From IMG/VR virus record IMGVR_UViG_3300017719_000001: DNA of 58,559 bases; one strand, 5' to 3'. Made by a program: the position numbers and the translations under genes. Source of the DNA: an uncultured virus (IMG/VR IMGVR_UViG_3300017719_000001) (Duplodnaviria > Heunggongvirae > Uroviricota > Caudoviricetes). The notes beneath the pieces are model-generated. The model was not told where the DNA came from. It worked only from the letters and a program-made list of their open reading frames with translations, and searched no databases. Below are positions 45,120 to 55,636 of this stretch, piece after piece (position 1 is the first letter of the stretch; every line of letters starts with the position of its first letter).

Positions 45120-46619
45120 CTAGTCCCATCTAGGATCATCGGCATCCATAGGTTCGTTTTCACCATCTTTTTCTTCACTATCAATTTGCGACTGAATATC
45201 TTTAATATCATCATCGGTAAATCGTAATACTTTCTTTCTTACCCACTCATTAGAGATATACTTACCTACGTATTCATCTAATGTGGCTAACATTTCAAAC
45301 CTTTCTCTCCAGATTTCAGCTTCTTTTAATTCTGCAAAGTAGTTATCTTCAATAAAGTCAAATGTAATGGATTCTTTCCATGTGTCCCAATCAGAAGATA
45401 CAATAATACCTTTAATAATTAATTGAGTTCTCAATGTTTGCATGAATAGATCACTAAAACGCTTTCTTAATCTATCAATAAACTTCTTAAACTTAACTTC
45501 GTCCCTAGAAATTTCAGTACTTCTACCAAGAGAAAATTGTGACTCTTGATCAAGTCTATTAACTGGTACATTTAAACTTCTATATAATTTCTTTTGGAAG
45601 TAGATGATATCATCAATCTGGCCTAAGTTTTCACCACCAGGCAAAGTTGTAATTTCTGTACCCCTACCACCTTCTCTACGAGGTAAGAAGAAATCCTCAA
45701 GCATTGACATATGCTTTTTATCATCTTTAATATTACCAGTTTTAGCATCATAAACCATTTTATTTCTATACTGGCTCATGATGTTCTTTAAATACTCTTC
45801 AGCCTTACCTTTAGGTAAGTTACCAACATCAATATAAAATATTCTACGCTCTGGTGCTCTACTTATTCTGTAAATAACAAGTGAGTCTTCCATCATTCTT
45901 AATTGGTTGACTGGTTTTAATGCTTTTTGTAAATAACTTAAAATTCTTTTTCTACTCGGATCAAGAACACCCGATGTACAATATGCAATAGAATCTGGGT
46001 GGATTTTCAACCCTTGATTACTATCTCCCATTTTAGTGTCTTGGAAAATAAAGTATTCTTCTTGCTTTGTAATAATTTTTGCCCCAGTCTTAGGGTCTTG
46101 CTCTTCTTCGATCTCTTTTACTTTTCTTAATTTAGTAGGATCGATATATCTTAGCTCTCTGATACCTGCTTTAGGTTTATCTTTATCAATGATAATATGA
46201 TATGGTAATCTACCATCAACATACCATCTTCTAAAGATGTCATGAGCATATGCGTTAAAATTTAATAATCCAAGAATATGATTAAACTCTTGAGTTATAA
46301 CTTCTTTAATTTTATCAGATGTTTCTACTTCATCTAATACAATCCTTACAGGTGTATCATCATGATCACCCACAATTGCTTCATTTATAATATCTTCAAC
46401 TGCAGCATCGCACTCAGGTTGAGTAGCCACGTCTCTGTATTTTAAAATTAAGTCAATTTCATTTTTTGCTTTATCTCCGTCTAAATCAAGATAAGCGCCG
46501 AAGTGACCTCCAGCCTGAATTACACCAGAACCATCTTCATCTGTATCTGGAACAAATGACGGCCTGATGGGTGCTTCACCACCTTTTCTTTTGATTTCAA
46601 ATCCGAAAAAATCTGCCAT
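45120..46619 (-). CDS. 20: Portal protein gp20
   Basis: Start MADFFG; WYVDGR, YRISRAPERRIFYIDVGNLP, EITTLPGG, RDEVKF. Confidence 0.97.
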   Translation of the reverse strand: MADFFGFEIKRKGGEAPIRPSFVPDTDEDGSGVIQAGGHFGAYLDLDGDKAKNEIDLILKYRDVATQPECDAAVEDIINEAIVGDHDDTPVRIVLDEVETSDKIKEVITQEFNHILGLLNFNAYAHDIFRRWYVDGRLPYHIIIDKDKPKAGIRELRYIDPTKLRKVKEIEEEQDPKTGAKIITKQEEYFIFQDTKMGDSNQGLKIHPDSIAYCTSGVLDPSRKRILSYLQKALKPVNQLRMMEDSLVIYRISRAPERRIFYIDVGNLPKGKAEEYLKNIMSQYRNKMVYDAKTGNIKDDKKHMSMLEDFFLPRREGGRGTEITTLPGGENLGQIDDIIYFQKKLYRSLNVPVNRLDQESQFSLGRSTEISRDEVKFKKFIDRLRKRFSDLFMQTLRTQLIIKGIIVSSDWDTWKESITFDFIEDNYFAELKEAEIWRERFEMLATLDEYVGKYISNEWVRKKVLRFTDDDIKDIQSQIDSEEKDGENEPMDADDPRWD

Positions 46620-46670
46620 ATTTTTATACCTCAATAATATCAGGAGGGAAATTAATCCCTCCTTCAATTA

Positions 46671-46678
46671 TATTTATA
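46671..46678 (-). promoter_or_regulatory. T4-type late promoter (gene 20), followed by a leader hairpin at 46643-46662
   Basis: TATAAATA; GGAGGGA/UCCCUCC inverted repeat. Confidence 0.7.
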
Positions 46679-46684
46679 CCCCTT

Positions 46685-47212
46685 TTAGCTAGTGGTATCT
46701 GACTCCCAATATTGAACTTGTAGTTCAACTGTGAACTCTTCAATCTGATTCTCGTTGTCATAACTTAAATCAATTGCAGAAATATTAGTTGGGAAAGTCC
46801 CTCTAATATCATATTTCTTTACAGGTGTACCAGACTTGTCTAATTGTTCTACAATCATGTCAGCCATGTAATCTGTTGGGTTAGCCAAACCAGTACCATC
46901 AACGTGTTGATTAATACCGTTACTCCATCTTTCAAATGCATTTCTAACTGAGAAATCTACATCATTAATAATCGTTACAGTCCATGGTTCAAATGTTCTG
47001 TCACCAGCCATTTGTAATTTTCTGCCGCGGAAGTTAACTTCCACTGGATTAAGAATTGATGCAGGTAACTGAGCAGCCTTACATAGGAAAGAAGTCAGTT
47101 CAACATCACCTTGTGCATAACTTGGAAAGTTACACGTGACCTTAAACATGTTTGACCTAGCGCCACCTCCAACTAACTTGGATTTAAAATCGTCTACGCC
47201 TAAAATTGCCAT
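46685..47212 (-). CDS. 19: Tail tube protein gp19
   Basis: GGARSNMF, FRGRKLQMAGDRTFEPWTVT, FPTNISAIDL, IEEFTV. Confidence 0.96.
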   Translation of the reverse strand: MAILGVDDFKSKLVGGGARSNMFKVTCNFPSYAQGDVELTSFLCKAAQLPASILNPVEVNFRGRKLQMAGDRTFEPWTVTIINDVDFSVRNAFERWSNGINQHVDGTGLANPTDYMADMIVEQLDKSGTPVKKYDIRGTFPTNISAIDLSYDNENQIEEFTVELQVQYWESDTTS

Positions 47213-47224
47213 TGTTTCCTCCTA

Positions 47225-48943
47225 TTAACCGCCGGCGACTTCAGAGAAGTCAACCCCAGTTCTTGTTGCAATGAAGTTTAATGTAATAAAGTTGATTGAT
47301 CTTGAAGGCTTGATAAAGATATCAGCAACAAATCTATTAGAATCAATTACTTGACCTGTATTGTTAGATTCATCACAGATAACTAAAAAGTCTGTAACAC
47401 CACGTCTTCCTTTTACATCCCGTAAAAATGGTTCCAATAAATTTCTAAATTGGGCCCTTGTGAACTCGTCATTGAATTCAAATAGTTGTGCCTTAGCAGC
47501 AGTACTAATTGCTTTCTCCAACACAATAAACAATCTTCTTACATTGATTCTGTCAAATGCAGATGGTCTGGATAATAAAGTTTTATCTCCAAACAACATT
47601 GTACCCTGACCAGGGAATGAAACCAATGGATTCACTCTAGCCTTATACAATTCATCTCTTTGAGCTTTAGTTGGGTTATAAGCAAGTTTTGTGACGCCTA
47701 GAAGTTGTCCTCTATTCACACCAGCAGGTGAGAACCAAGAATCAGCAACATTGTCAGCATTAGCACATAAACCGGCACATAAACCAGCAGAACCAATCCA
47801 ACGATATACATCATTGTATTTGTCATAAACATATACTGCACCTGAATCAAGTGAAGCATAAGAAGTTGAGTTTAATGAATCTGCATATTCTTTTACATCA
47901 GTAGCAGGTGTGCTTGAATTTACAGAATCAGCAAGAGGAGGTGAAATGAATGCCATGCAATCTTTTCTTGTCTCTGCAATGCTAATTAAATCAGCTGCAA
48001 TAGTATTTACACCATTAGCATCTGGATGTGCAAATAATAAATTTACATCAATAGTTTCTGAATCTTCTAGTAAATCAAAACCTGTTGCAATATTACCTGC
48101 AGTAGGTGAGTTACCATCTACACCAGCAGTTAATGCTGTGACTCTGACTCCAGTGTGATTAGCAAAAGCACCATCACTGTCTGCAATTCTAGTTCCGCCA
48201 TCAGAAAGACCAGAACCCGCCACTTCACCCTCTGCAGCAATCACATCGTGATCACCAAACCAGATATAATTTGATTGGTTGTTTATTACATTTTTGTAGT
48301 AAATTGAAGTTCCTGAACTATCTTTAGCATCAGAACCCTGTGATAAGAAACCAAAAGTTTCTAAAACAGTTCCTGGTGTACCAGAGAATGCTCCATCCTC
48401 ATCAATTACTGCAATATGCAATTCGTCTGCAGCAGATGTTTTACCTAGACCCTTTGCAAAATCAGACGTGCCAGGAGCAGCATCAAACTGTCCTGCATGA
48501 GTCCATGCTGCAAATGAAGAGCCTAAAGAACAAACTTCTACTTTAAGACTGTTTCCGAGTTTTCCTGGGTATTTAGCAATCCATGCGCCTTGCGATGCAA
48601 GGGTTTTGGTTGTTGAATCATAGGAGTCCTCGTTTTTAATTAAAAGAGTTGTATCTCCAGCAACCGACGCGTTGTTGGCTGTTGAATCCACTACTCTCAC
48701 TATTTTTAATGCGTTACCATACTTTAAAAAAGATGCCGCAGTTAAAAAGTATTTGGCTGTATTGTCATCTGGAGTTGAAAAAACCGACGCCATGTTGTCT
48801 TCTGACGACACGAGTCGAACTTCTTCTACCGGACCCCAATTAAAAGCCCCCGCGAATCCACCAATACTGGTTGATACGGCAGGTACGACGCTCGTCGCGT
48901 CTATTTCCTTGACTTGAACGCCAGGAGATACTTGAAATGCCAT
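47225..48943 (-). CDS. 18: Tail sheath protein gp18
   Basis: SPGVQVKEID, WFSPAG.NRG, FDRINVRRLF, LFEFNDEFTR. Confidence 0.97.
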   Translation of the reverse strand: MAFQVSPGVQVKEIDATSVVPAVSTSIGGFAGAFNWGPVEEVRLVSSEDNMASVFSTPDDNTAKYFLTAASFLKYGNALKIVRVVDSTANNASVAGDTTLLIKNEDSYDSTTKTLASQGAWIAKYPGKLGNSLKVEVCSLGSSFAAWTHAGQFDAAPGTSDFAKGLGKTSAADELHIAVIDEDGAFSGTPGTVLETFGFLSQGSDAKDSSGTSIYYKNVINNQSNYIWFGDHDVIAAEGEVAGSGLSDGGTRIADSDGAFANHTGVRVTALTAGVDGNSPTAGNIATGFDLLEDSETIDVNLLFAHPDANGVNTIAADLISIAETRKDCMAFISPPLADSVNSSTPATDVKEYADSLNSTSYASLDSGAVYVYDKYNDVYRWIGSAGLCAGLCANADNVADSWFSPAGVNRGQLLGVTKLAYNPTKAQRDELYKARVNPLVSFPGQGTMLFGDKTLLSRPSAFDRINVRRLFIVLEKAISTAAKAQLFEFNDEFTRAQFRNLLEPFLRDVKGRRGVTDFLVICDESNNTGQVIDSNRFVADIFIKPSRSINFITLNFIATRTGVDFSEVAGG

Positions 48944-49009
48944 CGCTTTATCCTCTCAATTTGTGAGTTAGTTAATAAGTTTCCATAATAAGTTTATCTT
49001 CACTGATTA

Positions 49010-49017
49010 TATTTATA
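49010..49017 (-). promoter_or_regulatory. T4-type late promoter (gene 18)
   Basis: TATAAATA. Confidence 0.75.
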
Positions 49018-49032
49018 AATAACTGTACTCTA

Positions 49033-50640
49033 TCAACGCTTCCATTCAGTTTCAAACCAGACATTACCATCTTCTGGCATATCTTTACTTACTGAATTTT
49101 CTAAATTACTACCATTATCTATATAGCCGAAAGGTAACATATCATCTTGTATCTCTGCTAGTCTTTCTCTATAAAGTAAATTTTTCATATCAATATTTGT
49201 TAAGTTTTCAAAGACATCTGTAGATGAAAACCAACCAAAAAGAACTAAATTCATCATTAGATCATCATGGTTACCACTCGATGCTTCATAAGAATTACCT
49301 CTTGAAACAAAGGTGGACATTTCTATAATAGTTTCTGAATCATAGATTATTAACTTTTTCTGTTCGATTAAATCTTTTATAGTAGAACAACCAACTCTTT
49401 TTACTCTTCGGGTCATAGTAACACCAATAGCATTACTTTTAATTGATGATTCTACAAACAAGTTTTCATATTCCAAGTCGTAATATAATCCATTACATAC
49501 AACTGCTCCCTGATCATTACTTTCTACTACTACATATGCTTCATTATATGTTTTAGCATATTTGTAAATAATATCAGGAAATAACATAGGTGATAATGTA
49601 TTATCTCTAAATGTGGCAACTTGTTCAAACGGCTTTGTGGAACAGTCGATTATATTAAAGGTTGAATAGTCTTGGCCTCTACCCTTAGCAACATCAACTA
49701 GCATAACATATTGGTGATTAAGCTCTGGTTCCTTAAATAGATTAATATTCTCTTTATAGTAGAGAGGATTAGCAGCCTTTTGAGCAAGTAATGTCTCTGC
49801 AGAAATAAGTGTGTTACCTCTACCGTGAAATGTATTACCAAATTCTTGATCAAACTGTAGTTCTGATGTATTTGCTATTGTAGATTCTTTCCATGCTTCA
49901 TCCCTGCCTGGTACATCCCACCAATCAACTCTAAATGATTTAAATTCGTTTGTTCCTTGCGTTGCCCCTTCCCATATTTTATGATACACATTACCAATAC
50001 CGTTTGCTGTAGATGTAATAATAATCTTCGTATCTTTACCAGCAGAAACAACAGGATATGTTGAAGTGTAAAACTGTGCATCATTTTCAATAAATGCAAA
50101 CTCGTCTAGGAACAACAGGTTAATAGATAAACCACGAATGGAGCTACCTGATGTGGCAGCTGCAATAATCTTTGAATTGTTTGAGAACTCGATCGAGCCT
50201 TTATTGAGTGCCTTACAACCCGGCTGTAAAAAGAATGGCAAGTTTTCTAACATAAGAGTTACACGAGCCAACATTTCTCTAGCAGTAGCACCTTTGTTAG
50301 CAAGGATAGCAATAGTCTTTTCTGGGTGAAAACATGCAAACCACAATAGATATGCTACAGATGAAATAGATTTACCAGACTGTCTACATGCCAAAACTAT
50401 AGAGAATCTATTATCATTAAAGTGCTCGAACATCTTTTCTTGGTATGGATATAAGTCAAATGGTACTAATCCACTATCAAGCGAAATAACTTTTAAATAA
50501 GTACGAGCAAAGTATGCTGGTTCTTGCATACACTTTACGTATTCTAGTACTTCTGTTTTTGAAAATTGAGTTTCTACTCCGTCTCGTTTGACAGAGGGAT
50601 TACCTAAGTAACCAAACTCGCTATTCTTGATCCTCTGCAT
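49033..50640 (-). CDS. 17: Terminase large subunit gp17
   Basis: RQSGKS, FLDEFAF, STANG, DVAKGRGQDYS, HDDLMM. Confidence 0.97.
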   Translation of the reverse strand: MQRIKNSEFGYLGNPSVKRDGVETQFSKTEVLEYVKCMQEPAYFARTYLKVISLDSGLVPFDLYPYQEKMFEHFNDNRFSIVLACRQSGKSISSVAYLLWFACFHPEKTIAILANKGATAREMLARVTLMLENLPFFLQPGCKALNKGSIEFSNNSKIIAAATSGSSIRGLSINLLFLDEFAFIENDAQFYTSTYPVVSAGKDTKIIITSTANGIGNVYHKIWEGATQGTNEFKSFRVDWWDVPGRDEAWKESTIANTSELQFDQEFGNTFHGRGNTLISAETLLAQKAANPLYYKENINLFKEPELNHQYVMLVDVAKGRGQDYSTFNIIDCSTKPFEQVATFRDNTLSPMLFPDIIYKYAKTYNEAYVVVESNDQGAVVCNGLYYDLEYENLFVESSIKSNAIGVTMTRRVKRVGCSTIKDLIEQKKLIIYDSETIIEMSTFVSRGNSYEASSGNHDDLMMNLVLFGWFSSTDVFENLTNIDMKNLLYRERLAEIQDDMLPFGYIDNGSNLENSVSKDMPEDGNVWFETEWKR

Positions 50641-51046
50641 CGATTATTCTATCTCTATCTTGTTTTAACAATCTTTGTAAGTCCGAAGTGGATCCCACAA
50701 ATACATTGTTATTAGTAATCTGTCTTTTTGCCTCATCTTTTTCTTCATGCTCTTTAGCCAAATCTTGTTTTGACTTTTGAAGGGCCATTAATTTTTCTGT
50801 AGTATCGGCAATGTCTTTTATAGACTTAGATAAAACTTCGAATGCTCTTGGGTGTTCGGATTCACGAGCAAGTTCTGCTAGAGAATCTAGGGAATGTGTT
50901 CCTGTCTTAATCAAGTCACGATAAGTTTCCCTAGAGAATTCATAGTCATCTTTAATATCTTTTTTATCTTTATTAATAGGTGGCTCTGCTTTCTTCACGG
51001 GCAAGTTTTTTTCGAGGTTACTCCTCATTTTATCTAATTTATCCAT
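50621..51046 (-). CDS. 16: Terminase small subunit gp16
   Basis: DDYEFSR, SEHPRAFEV, NNVFVGSTSDLQ. Confidence 0.93.
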   Translation of the reverse strand: MDKLDKMRSNLEKNLPVKKAEPPINKDKKDIKDDYEFSRETYRDLIKTGTHSLDSLAELARESEHPRAFEVLSKSIKDIADTTEKLMALQKSKQDLAKEHEEKDEAKRQITNNNVFVGSTSDLQRLLKQDRDRIIDAEDQE

Positions 51047-51048
51047 AT

Positions 51049-51813
51049 TTAATCTACATCTGGATTATTATCAATAGTTACTGTTACCGTATGATTGCTC
51101 TTGGTATCAGTATTACCTACTGTAAAATCCATTTCTTCAAATCTATTTGAATCGTTATTAGTTCCAAATTTTTCAAAATCAATATTGATCTCTCTAATAA
51201 GACCAACATCACTAGTAGGTCCGTAAAACTTCATTTTCATAGTAAAGTCAAGCTGATATATAAGAACTCTTCTAGTTGCAAGGTCTCCTTCATAATCATC
51301 TTGTATAGTTACACCTTCAAGTATTACGGGCACATCTTGTTTAAAATCAAAACCTTCTACTGGCTTTATTGATACAGTATAATCAGGCTGAAAATATGGA
51401 ATAATTTGTTCCATAATTTGTAAACCATCATCTTGATTCTTGGCCATAATATATAGAGACATACCAATATCATAAGATGTAAAATGTTTGATTGTCTTTT
51501 TCTTTGTAATATCACTACCATGAGTTTCTACTATAGTATTGAGCTTACTTAATTTTTGATTAGGGTCCAGTGCTAAGGTAGTTATTTCAAATGCCATTCT
51601 AGGCAGTTTAAGAGCAACTGATTGATCAAAGCCTGTTTCTTGATCTAATCTAGCCAGAAATTTTTGTTTGGGCCCATATGCAAGTGGAACCTTTACTATA
51701 CCAGATGCAGAATTACTACCACTCTTTCTTACAATATTTAAATTATTAAAAAGTGTGCCGAAAACAGCAACTGACTTTCGCATTGTAGCATGATAGAAAT
51801 GATTACCAAACAT
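51049..51813 (-). CDS. 15: Tail sheath stabiliser/completion protein gp15
   Basis: FYH..MRK.VAVFGTLFN, VPLAYGPKQKF, LPRMAFE, EQIIPYFQP. Confidence 0.95.
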   Translation of the reverse strand: MFGNHFYHATMRKSVAVFGTLFNNLNIVRKSGSNSASGIVKVPLAYGPKQKFLARLDQETGFDQSVALKLPRMAFEITTLALDPNQKLSKLNTIVETHGSDITKKKTIKHFTSYDIGMSLYIMAKNQDDGLQIMEQIIPYFQPDYTVSIKPVEGFDFKQDVPVILEGVTIQDDYEGDLATRRVLIYQLDFTMKMKFYGPTSDVGLIREINIDFEKFGTNNDSNRFEEMDFTVGNTDTKSNHTVTVTIDNNPDVD

Positions 51814-52751
51814 TATGATGGGTCTCCAAATGGATTTGATTCAGTGAAATCAATAAAATTATCTGCTTCTACTTCAAATGCAACATTTTGTGCAGATGGA
51901 TCCTCAGGCATAAATGAATCATCACCATCATCAAGGCCGTATATTTTAATAATTTCATTAGTATTATTTGATTCAGAACCATATAGTGTTTTAGTACTAG
52001 ATACAATAAACTCTTTATAATCATCGCTACCTGATACACCAATATTTGATAATGATACCTGTCCAGCAATATTTGATGTTACATTTACATCTTGCACTCT
52101 GCCAAATATTTCAATGACTGTATCACCATCAGCTGATTCTTCAGCAGTCTGTAATACTTGAGTTACTATCTCGCCTTCCTTAAAGTGATTACCAGATGTA
52201 GTAGTATAATCCATAACTAATTGATATGCTTCATCACCAATTTTACTATCAATTTCATCAACGCCTGTGTCAAATGATTCATCATTATATTCAAAGAGTG
52301 AGCAAGTAAGTTTATAAACTGGTAGGTTAGATAACTGATAGAATGGTTTATCATCTTCTACAAATGTAATCTCAAAGAAAGAGTTTGTCATGGGTAAGAA
52401 TAGCAAGTCACCTTCTCTTGGTTTATCTAATGCTTCATATAAACCAATATTGCCATTCCAAACTTTACGAGAAATTACAAAGTTAGCCTCATCTCTAACT
52501 TCAATTCCAAACTTCTGATAGAGATCTCCAGCACCCTCAAAGCCATCAACATTTTCAATATATGCTTCCATTAAATAAGCATCATCAAATGTTCCTGCAG
52601 GGTCCTCTCCTAAAATATTGTCTCGGTTAACAAGAGTACGTGGTATATAATACACGTCTTGGCCGAATATTTTAAGTGATTCTATAACTAAGTCTTCGTA
52701 AAGGTTTTGTTCTGACCTTACTGCCTGACTAAAATATACATTTCTAGGCAT
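51813..52751 (-). CDS. 14: Neck protein gp14
   Basis: EQNLYEDLVIES..IFGQDVYYIPR, PREGDL, PFYQL, FTESNPFG. Confidence 0.95.
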   Translation of the reverse strand: MPRNVYFSQAVRSEQNLYEDLVIESLKIFGQDVYYIPRTLVNRDNILGEDPAGTFDDAYLMEAYIENVDGFEGAGDLYQKFGIEVRDEANFVISRKVWNGNIGLYEALDKPREGDLLFLPMTNSFFEITFVEDDKPFYQLSNLPVYKLTCSLFEYNDESFDTGVDEIDSKIGDEAYQLVMDYTTTSGNHFKEGEIVTQVLQTAEESADGDTVIEIFGRVQDVNVTSNIAGQVSLSNIGVSGSDDYKEFIVSSTKTLYGSESNNTNEIIKIYGLDDGDDSFMPEDPSAQNVAFEVEADNFIDFTESNPFGDPS

Positions 52752-52755
52752 TTAA

Positions 52756-53505
52756 TTACCCCATGTAGAAGTCAACTGGTTGTTCCCAATTCAGCCTAAC
52801 TTCTTCTTCTAATTTCTGTAGCTCTTCATTTGCATCATCAAACAACTGTCTGCCATTAAAAGTAACACCACCTGGCATTACCATTCCTTCAAATTTAATT
52901 AAATTTGCGCCCCATTGTCTTTTTAGTAATGCTGTGCAATATTTCTTTAAATAGTAATCATTATATACATCTGTATATGTTTCTGGATCTAAAATTCTAT
53001 AGGCTTCTACTAGAAGATAGTCATTAACTTTTACTTCATTTTGCCAATCCATATCTATACGAAGTTGATCTCTGTGTCTATCGAATGAAACAAATTTATC
53101 AGATGAATCAACTAACATATCTAGTGTAGAAAGATATTCTCTAGCCATAGAATATTCTAATAAAGAACCAAGATAACCTAATGAGAACATATCGTTCAAA
53201 TGCATCTGATATTTAATATCAAACATACCTGATGATGAGCCTGAAGCTCGAATAGGCATTAATCTAATAACATCTGTAACTAATTCTGGAATGGGAATAT
53301 AACCATTATCTATATCAGTTTGTGTTACTTGATGCTTTAAAAATACCTTTTCAATGGCATCTGCATGATAGTGCTGATAGAATTGCAGACCTTCGTCTAC
53401 TCTATCTTCAATTTGATCTTCATCAATATTAATTTCAATGACTGGTGCACCTAAAGACCTTAAACAATAGTCTATAAGTGTTTGTCTACTATTTGGTTTT
53501 GCCAT
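52756..53505 (-). CDS. 13: Neck protein gp13
   Basis: YCLRSLGAPVIEIN, KRQWGANLIKF.G..MPGGVT.NG. Confidence 0.95.
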   Translation of the reverse strand: MAKPNSRQTLIDYCLRSLGAPVIEINIDEDQIEDRVDEGLQFYQHYHADAIEKVFLKHQVTQTDIDNGYIPIPELVTDVIRLMPIRASGSSSGMFDIKYQMHLNDMFSLGYLGSLLEYSMAREYLSTLDMLVDSSDKFVSFDRHRDQLRIDMDWQNEVKVNDYLLVEAYRILDPETYTDVYNDYYLKKYCTALLKRQWGANLIKFEGMVMPGGVTFNGRQLFDDANEELQKLEEEVRLNWEQPVDFYMG

Positions 53506-53527
53506 TTTAATACCTCTATTATAATAG

Positions 53528-53544
53528 TATTTATACTATTTATA
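53528..53544 (-). promoter_or_regulatory. Tandem T4-type late promoters (gene 13)
   Basis: TATAAATA at 53528-35 and 53537-44. Confidence 0.75.
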
Positions 53545-53561
53545 ACCTATTCACGCCCAGT

Positions 53562-55589
53562 TTATAATATATCGCCAGGATATCTGCTACTCCACATGGT
53601 TAAACTATATTTAGTACCTTTAGTTAATTCAGTACACTCATGGCCGTGTGTAACCATACCCGGAAATAGAATCATCTTGCCTGGTGGAATATCTTTATTA
53701 CTAATCCCCTGCCTAGGAAACAATAAATCTCCGCCTTCAAAATTATTATTTAGTTTTACAGAGCCAGTAACCAAACTTGCATCATTGTGTAAATTTAATT
53801 TTCTTTGAGTATCCATGGAGTATTTCATTACAAATGCATCTCTCATGCCATACATCTCCATAGGATGCCAATATTTTTCAACAATGGGATAAATAGATTC
53901 TTCCCATGTTCTGCATAACATATTCCAAATGTTTAATTGTTTTAATCTAATTTCTTGTGCAGGAAATTTATCATCTTCTAAACTTTTAAACCCACCATTG
54001 GCTTCTGCCATTTTAATAAGTGTATTACATTGTTGTTCGTCCATAAAATCAACTATGATCATATCTTTTTCTAAAACATCAAATCTACCATATTGATTAA
54101 TTCTAAATAATGATGGAAGATCATTATGATAAGATCTATCTACGTGTTCGGTAAACAGCCTATCATAAGTAGCCCAATTAGAACTTAAATTATTACCATG
54201 GTAAACACACCCACAAGTATTTGTTATAGGATTCCACATCTGTCCATTTTCTAATTTAGCCATAGCAGACTCATTAGTCTGAAAGATGTAACAATCATAA
54301 TCAATTGTTTGGTCATGCATTCGCTCTTGTTGACGAGCAAATAGTCTTTGGCAAAATTCTTGATCATCTACAAACGAATTGTGGTCTTTAGCTTTACAAA
54401 AATCCTTAGCATTCTTATACTGTGAAAATAATTCCTTTATAATCCAGGCCCTTCCTATATAACCACCACTGTTTAAAAACAAATAAGGTGAACTGGGTTT
54501 ATCCGGCCCTGCATTCTTTTCCATTAATCTAAATTCATTATATTTTTCGCCAAAGGTCCTTGATAAATCTTCATCATCTTCGCACGGCCATAAGTGGGTT
54601 TCTCCAGCCCATACAATATCATAATTAAACTCTAAGAATCTATCTACTATTGTATCACCATCATCAACAAAGAATGTATCATAGCCATCAGTAAAAAATA
54701 CAATGTCCATATCATCAACTTCATCTGAGTGAACAAAATCGTGCATGATTTTTATTTTCGGTCCACCACCAAAACTTTCCATTGAATCTTCCCAATCATA
54801 ATCTTCTCCAATGTTTTTTAATGGTACTCCATATTTTTCAGCACTCTTAAATAAATTTTTAGTTTTATCAGAGTCTGTACCGATAGTACAAAAGTGAACT
54901 TTCGAGTAATCTTTAAATTTTTCCAATTCGTAAGTATTAACTTCTATAGAGCTTGGATTCTCTGCCCGAGGAATTTGATTACAAGAATCTTCTTTTAATG
55001 CCCATACATTTAAATTCTTTTTTCGATGCATATAAGGCAAATATTCATCAACTACTACAAGTTCTTTTTCAAAGCTGTCTATTAATATTTTAGCACCTTT
55101 GGGCGTTAAAACATATCCAGTCATATTATATGGATAATCAGGGGATACTAATTTATCATCTGTAGTATGTGGAACAACACCATCGGGCCCCATATGTAAC
55201 TGAGCATCATTATGCTGTAAATACAGAAAATCACAATCTTCTCTTTTTATTACTTCTTCGTAGTATTTTTCATCCCATAAATCCCAATTAATAATAACAT
55301 CATCTTCTAAGATAATCATAGTTTCATTAGAATTTAAAACTTCTTTCCAGCAATTTAAATGAGAAATTGAACACCCAAGTTCACCTTTCTTCATTCTTTG
55401 GACACCAGCTGCGGGTACACTTCTCCATGATTTATGAACATCATACCCCATATCTAAAACATCAGAATAAGAAGTAGTATCTCCATAAATTGCTTCTATG
55501 AAATTATAATCTTTTAAGGATTCATTGTTCTTTTCAAACAATTCTTTTCGATCGGTACGGTGTGTTAGGTTTATAACTAATTTTTTCAT
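53562..55589 (-). CDS. Tri-domain GT25 (COLGALT-like) + PLOD-type glycosyltransferase + 2OG-Fe(II) lysyl-hydroxylase-like protein
   Basis: GT25: INL..RTDR, GELGC.ISH..CW, ILEDD, VDEYLP. PLOD-GT: GGGPK, FTDGYD, FLNSGGYIG, DDQ, HGN. LH: FVMKY...HNDAS...FPG..TH.H....GTKY. Confidence 0.85.
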   Translation of the reverse strand: MKKLVINLTHRTDRKELFEKNNESLKDYNFIEAIYGDTTSYSDVLDMGYDVHKSWRSVPAAGVQRMKKGELGCSISHLNCWKEVLNSNETMIILEDDVIINWDLWDEKYYEEVIKREDCDFLYLQHNDAQLHMGPDGVVPHTTDDKLVSPDYPYNMTGYVLTPKGAKILIDSFEKELVVVDEYLPYMHRKKNLNVWALKEDSCNQIPRAENPSSIEVNTYELEKFKDYSKVHFCTIGTDSDKTKNLFKSAEKYGVPLKNIGEDYDWEDSMESFGGGPKIKIMHDFVHSDEVDDMDIVFFTDGYDTFFVDDGDTIVDRFLEFNYDIVWAGETHLWPCEDDEDLSRTFGEKYNEFRLMEKNAGPDKPSSPYLFLNSGGYIGRAWIIKELFSQYKNAKDFCKAKDHNSFVDDQEFCQRLFARQQERMHDQTIDYDCYIFQTNESAMAKLENGQMWNPITNTCGCVYHGNNLSSNWATYDRLFTEHVDRSYHNDLPSLFRINQYGRFDVLEKDMIIVDFMDEQQCNTLIKMAEANGGFKSLEDDKFPAQEIRLKQLNIWNMLCRTWEESIYPIVEKYWHPMEMYGMRDAFVMKYSMDTQRKLNLHNDASLVTGSVKLNNNFEGGDLLFPRQGISNKDIPPGKMILFPGMVTHGHECTELTKGTKYSLTMWSSRYPGDIL

Positions 55590-55625
55590 TACAAAATTCG
55601 CCTCTGCATTAATAACATATAGTAT

Positions 55626-55633
55626 TATTTATA
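55626..55633 (-). promoter_or_regulatory. T4-type late promoter for the GT25-PLOD gene
   Basis: TATAAATA 3 nt after the fibre stop codon. Confidence 0.75.
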
Positions 55634-55636
55634 CAG

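Noticed and set aside
49010..49021. Palindromic TATTTATAAATA giving a plus-strand late promoter antisense to gene 17
   Set aside because: Easily arises by chance from the near-palindromic late motif in AT-rich DNA; no other support
1260..53808. Other plus-strand ORFs in the track (e.g. 2017-2703, 8710-9285, 27416-27826, 30124-30525)
   Set aside because: Antisense shadows of well-supported minus-strand genes with no recognisable motifs
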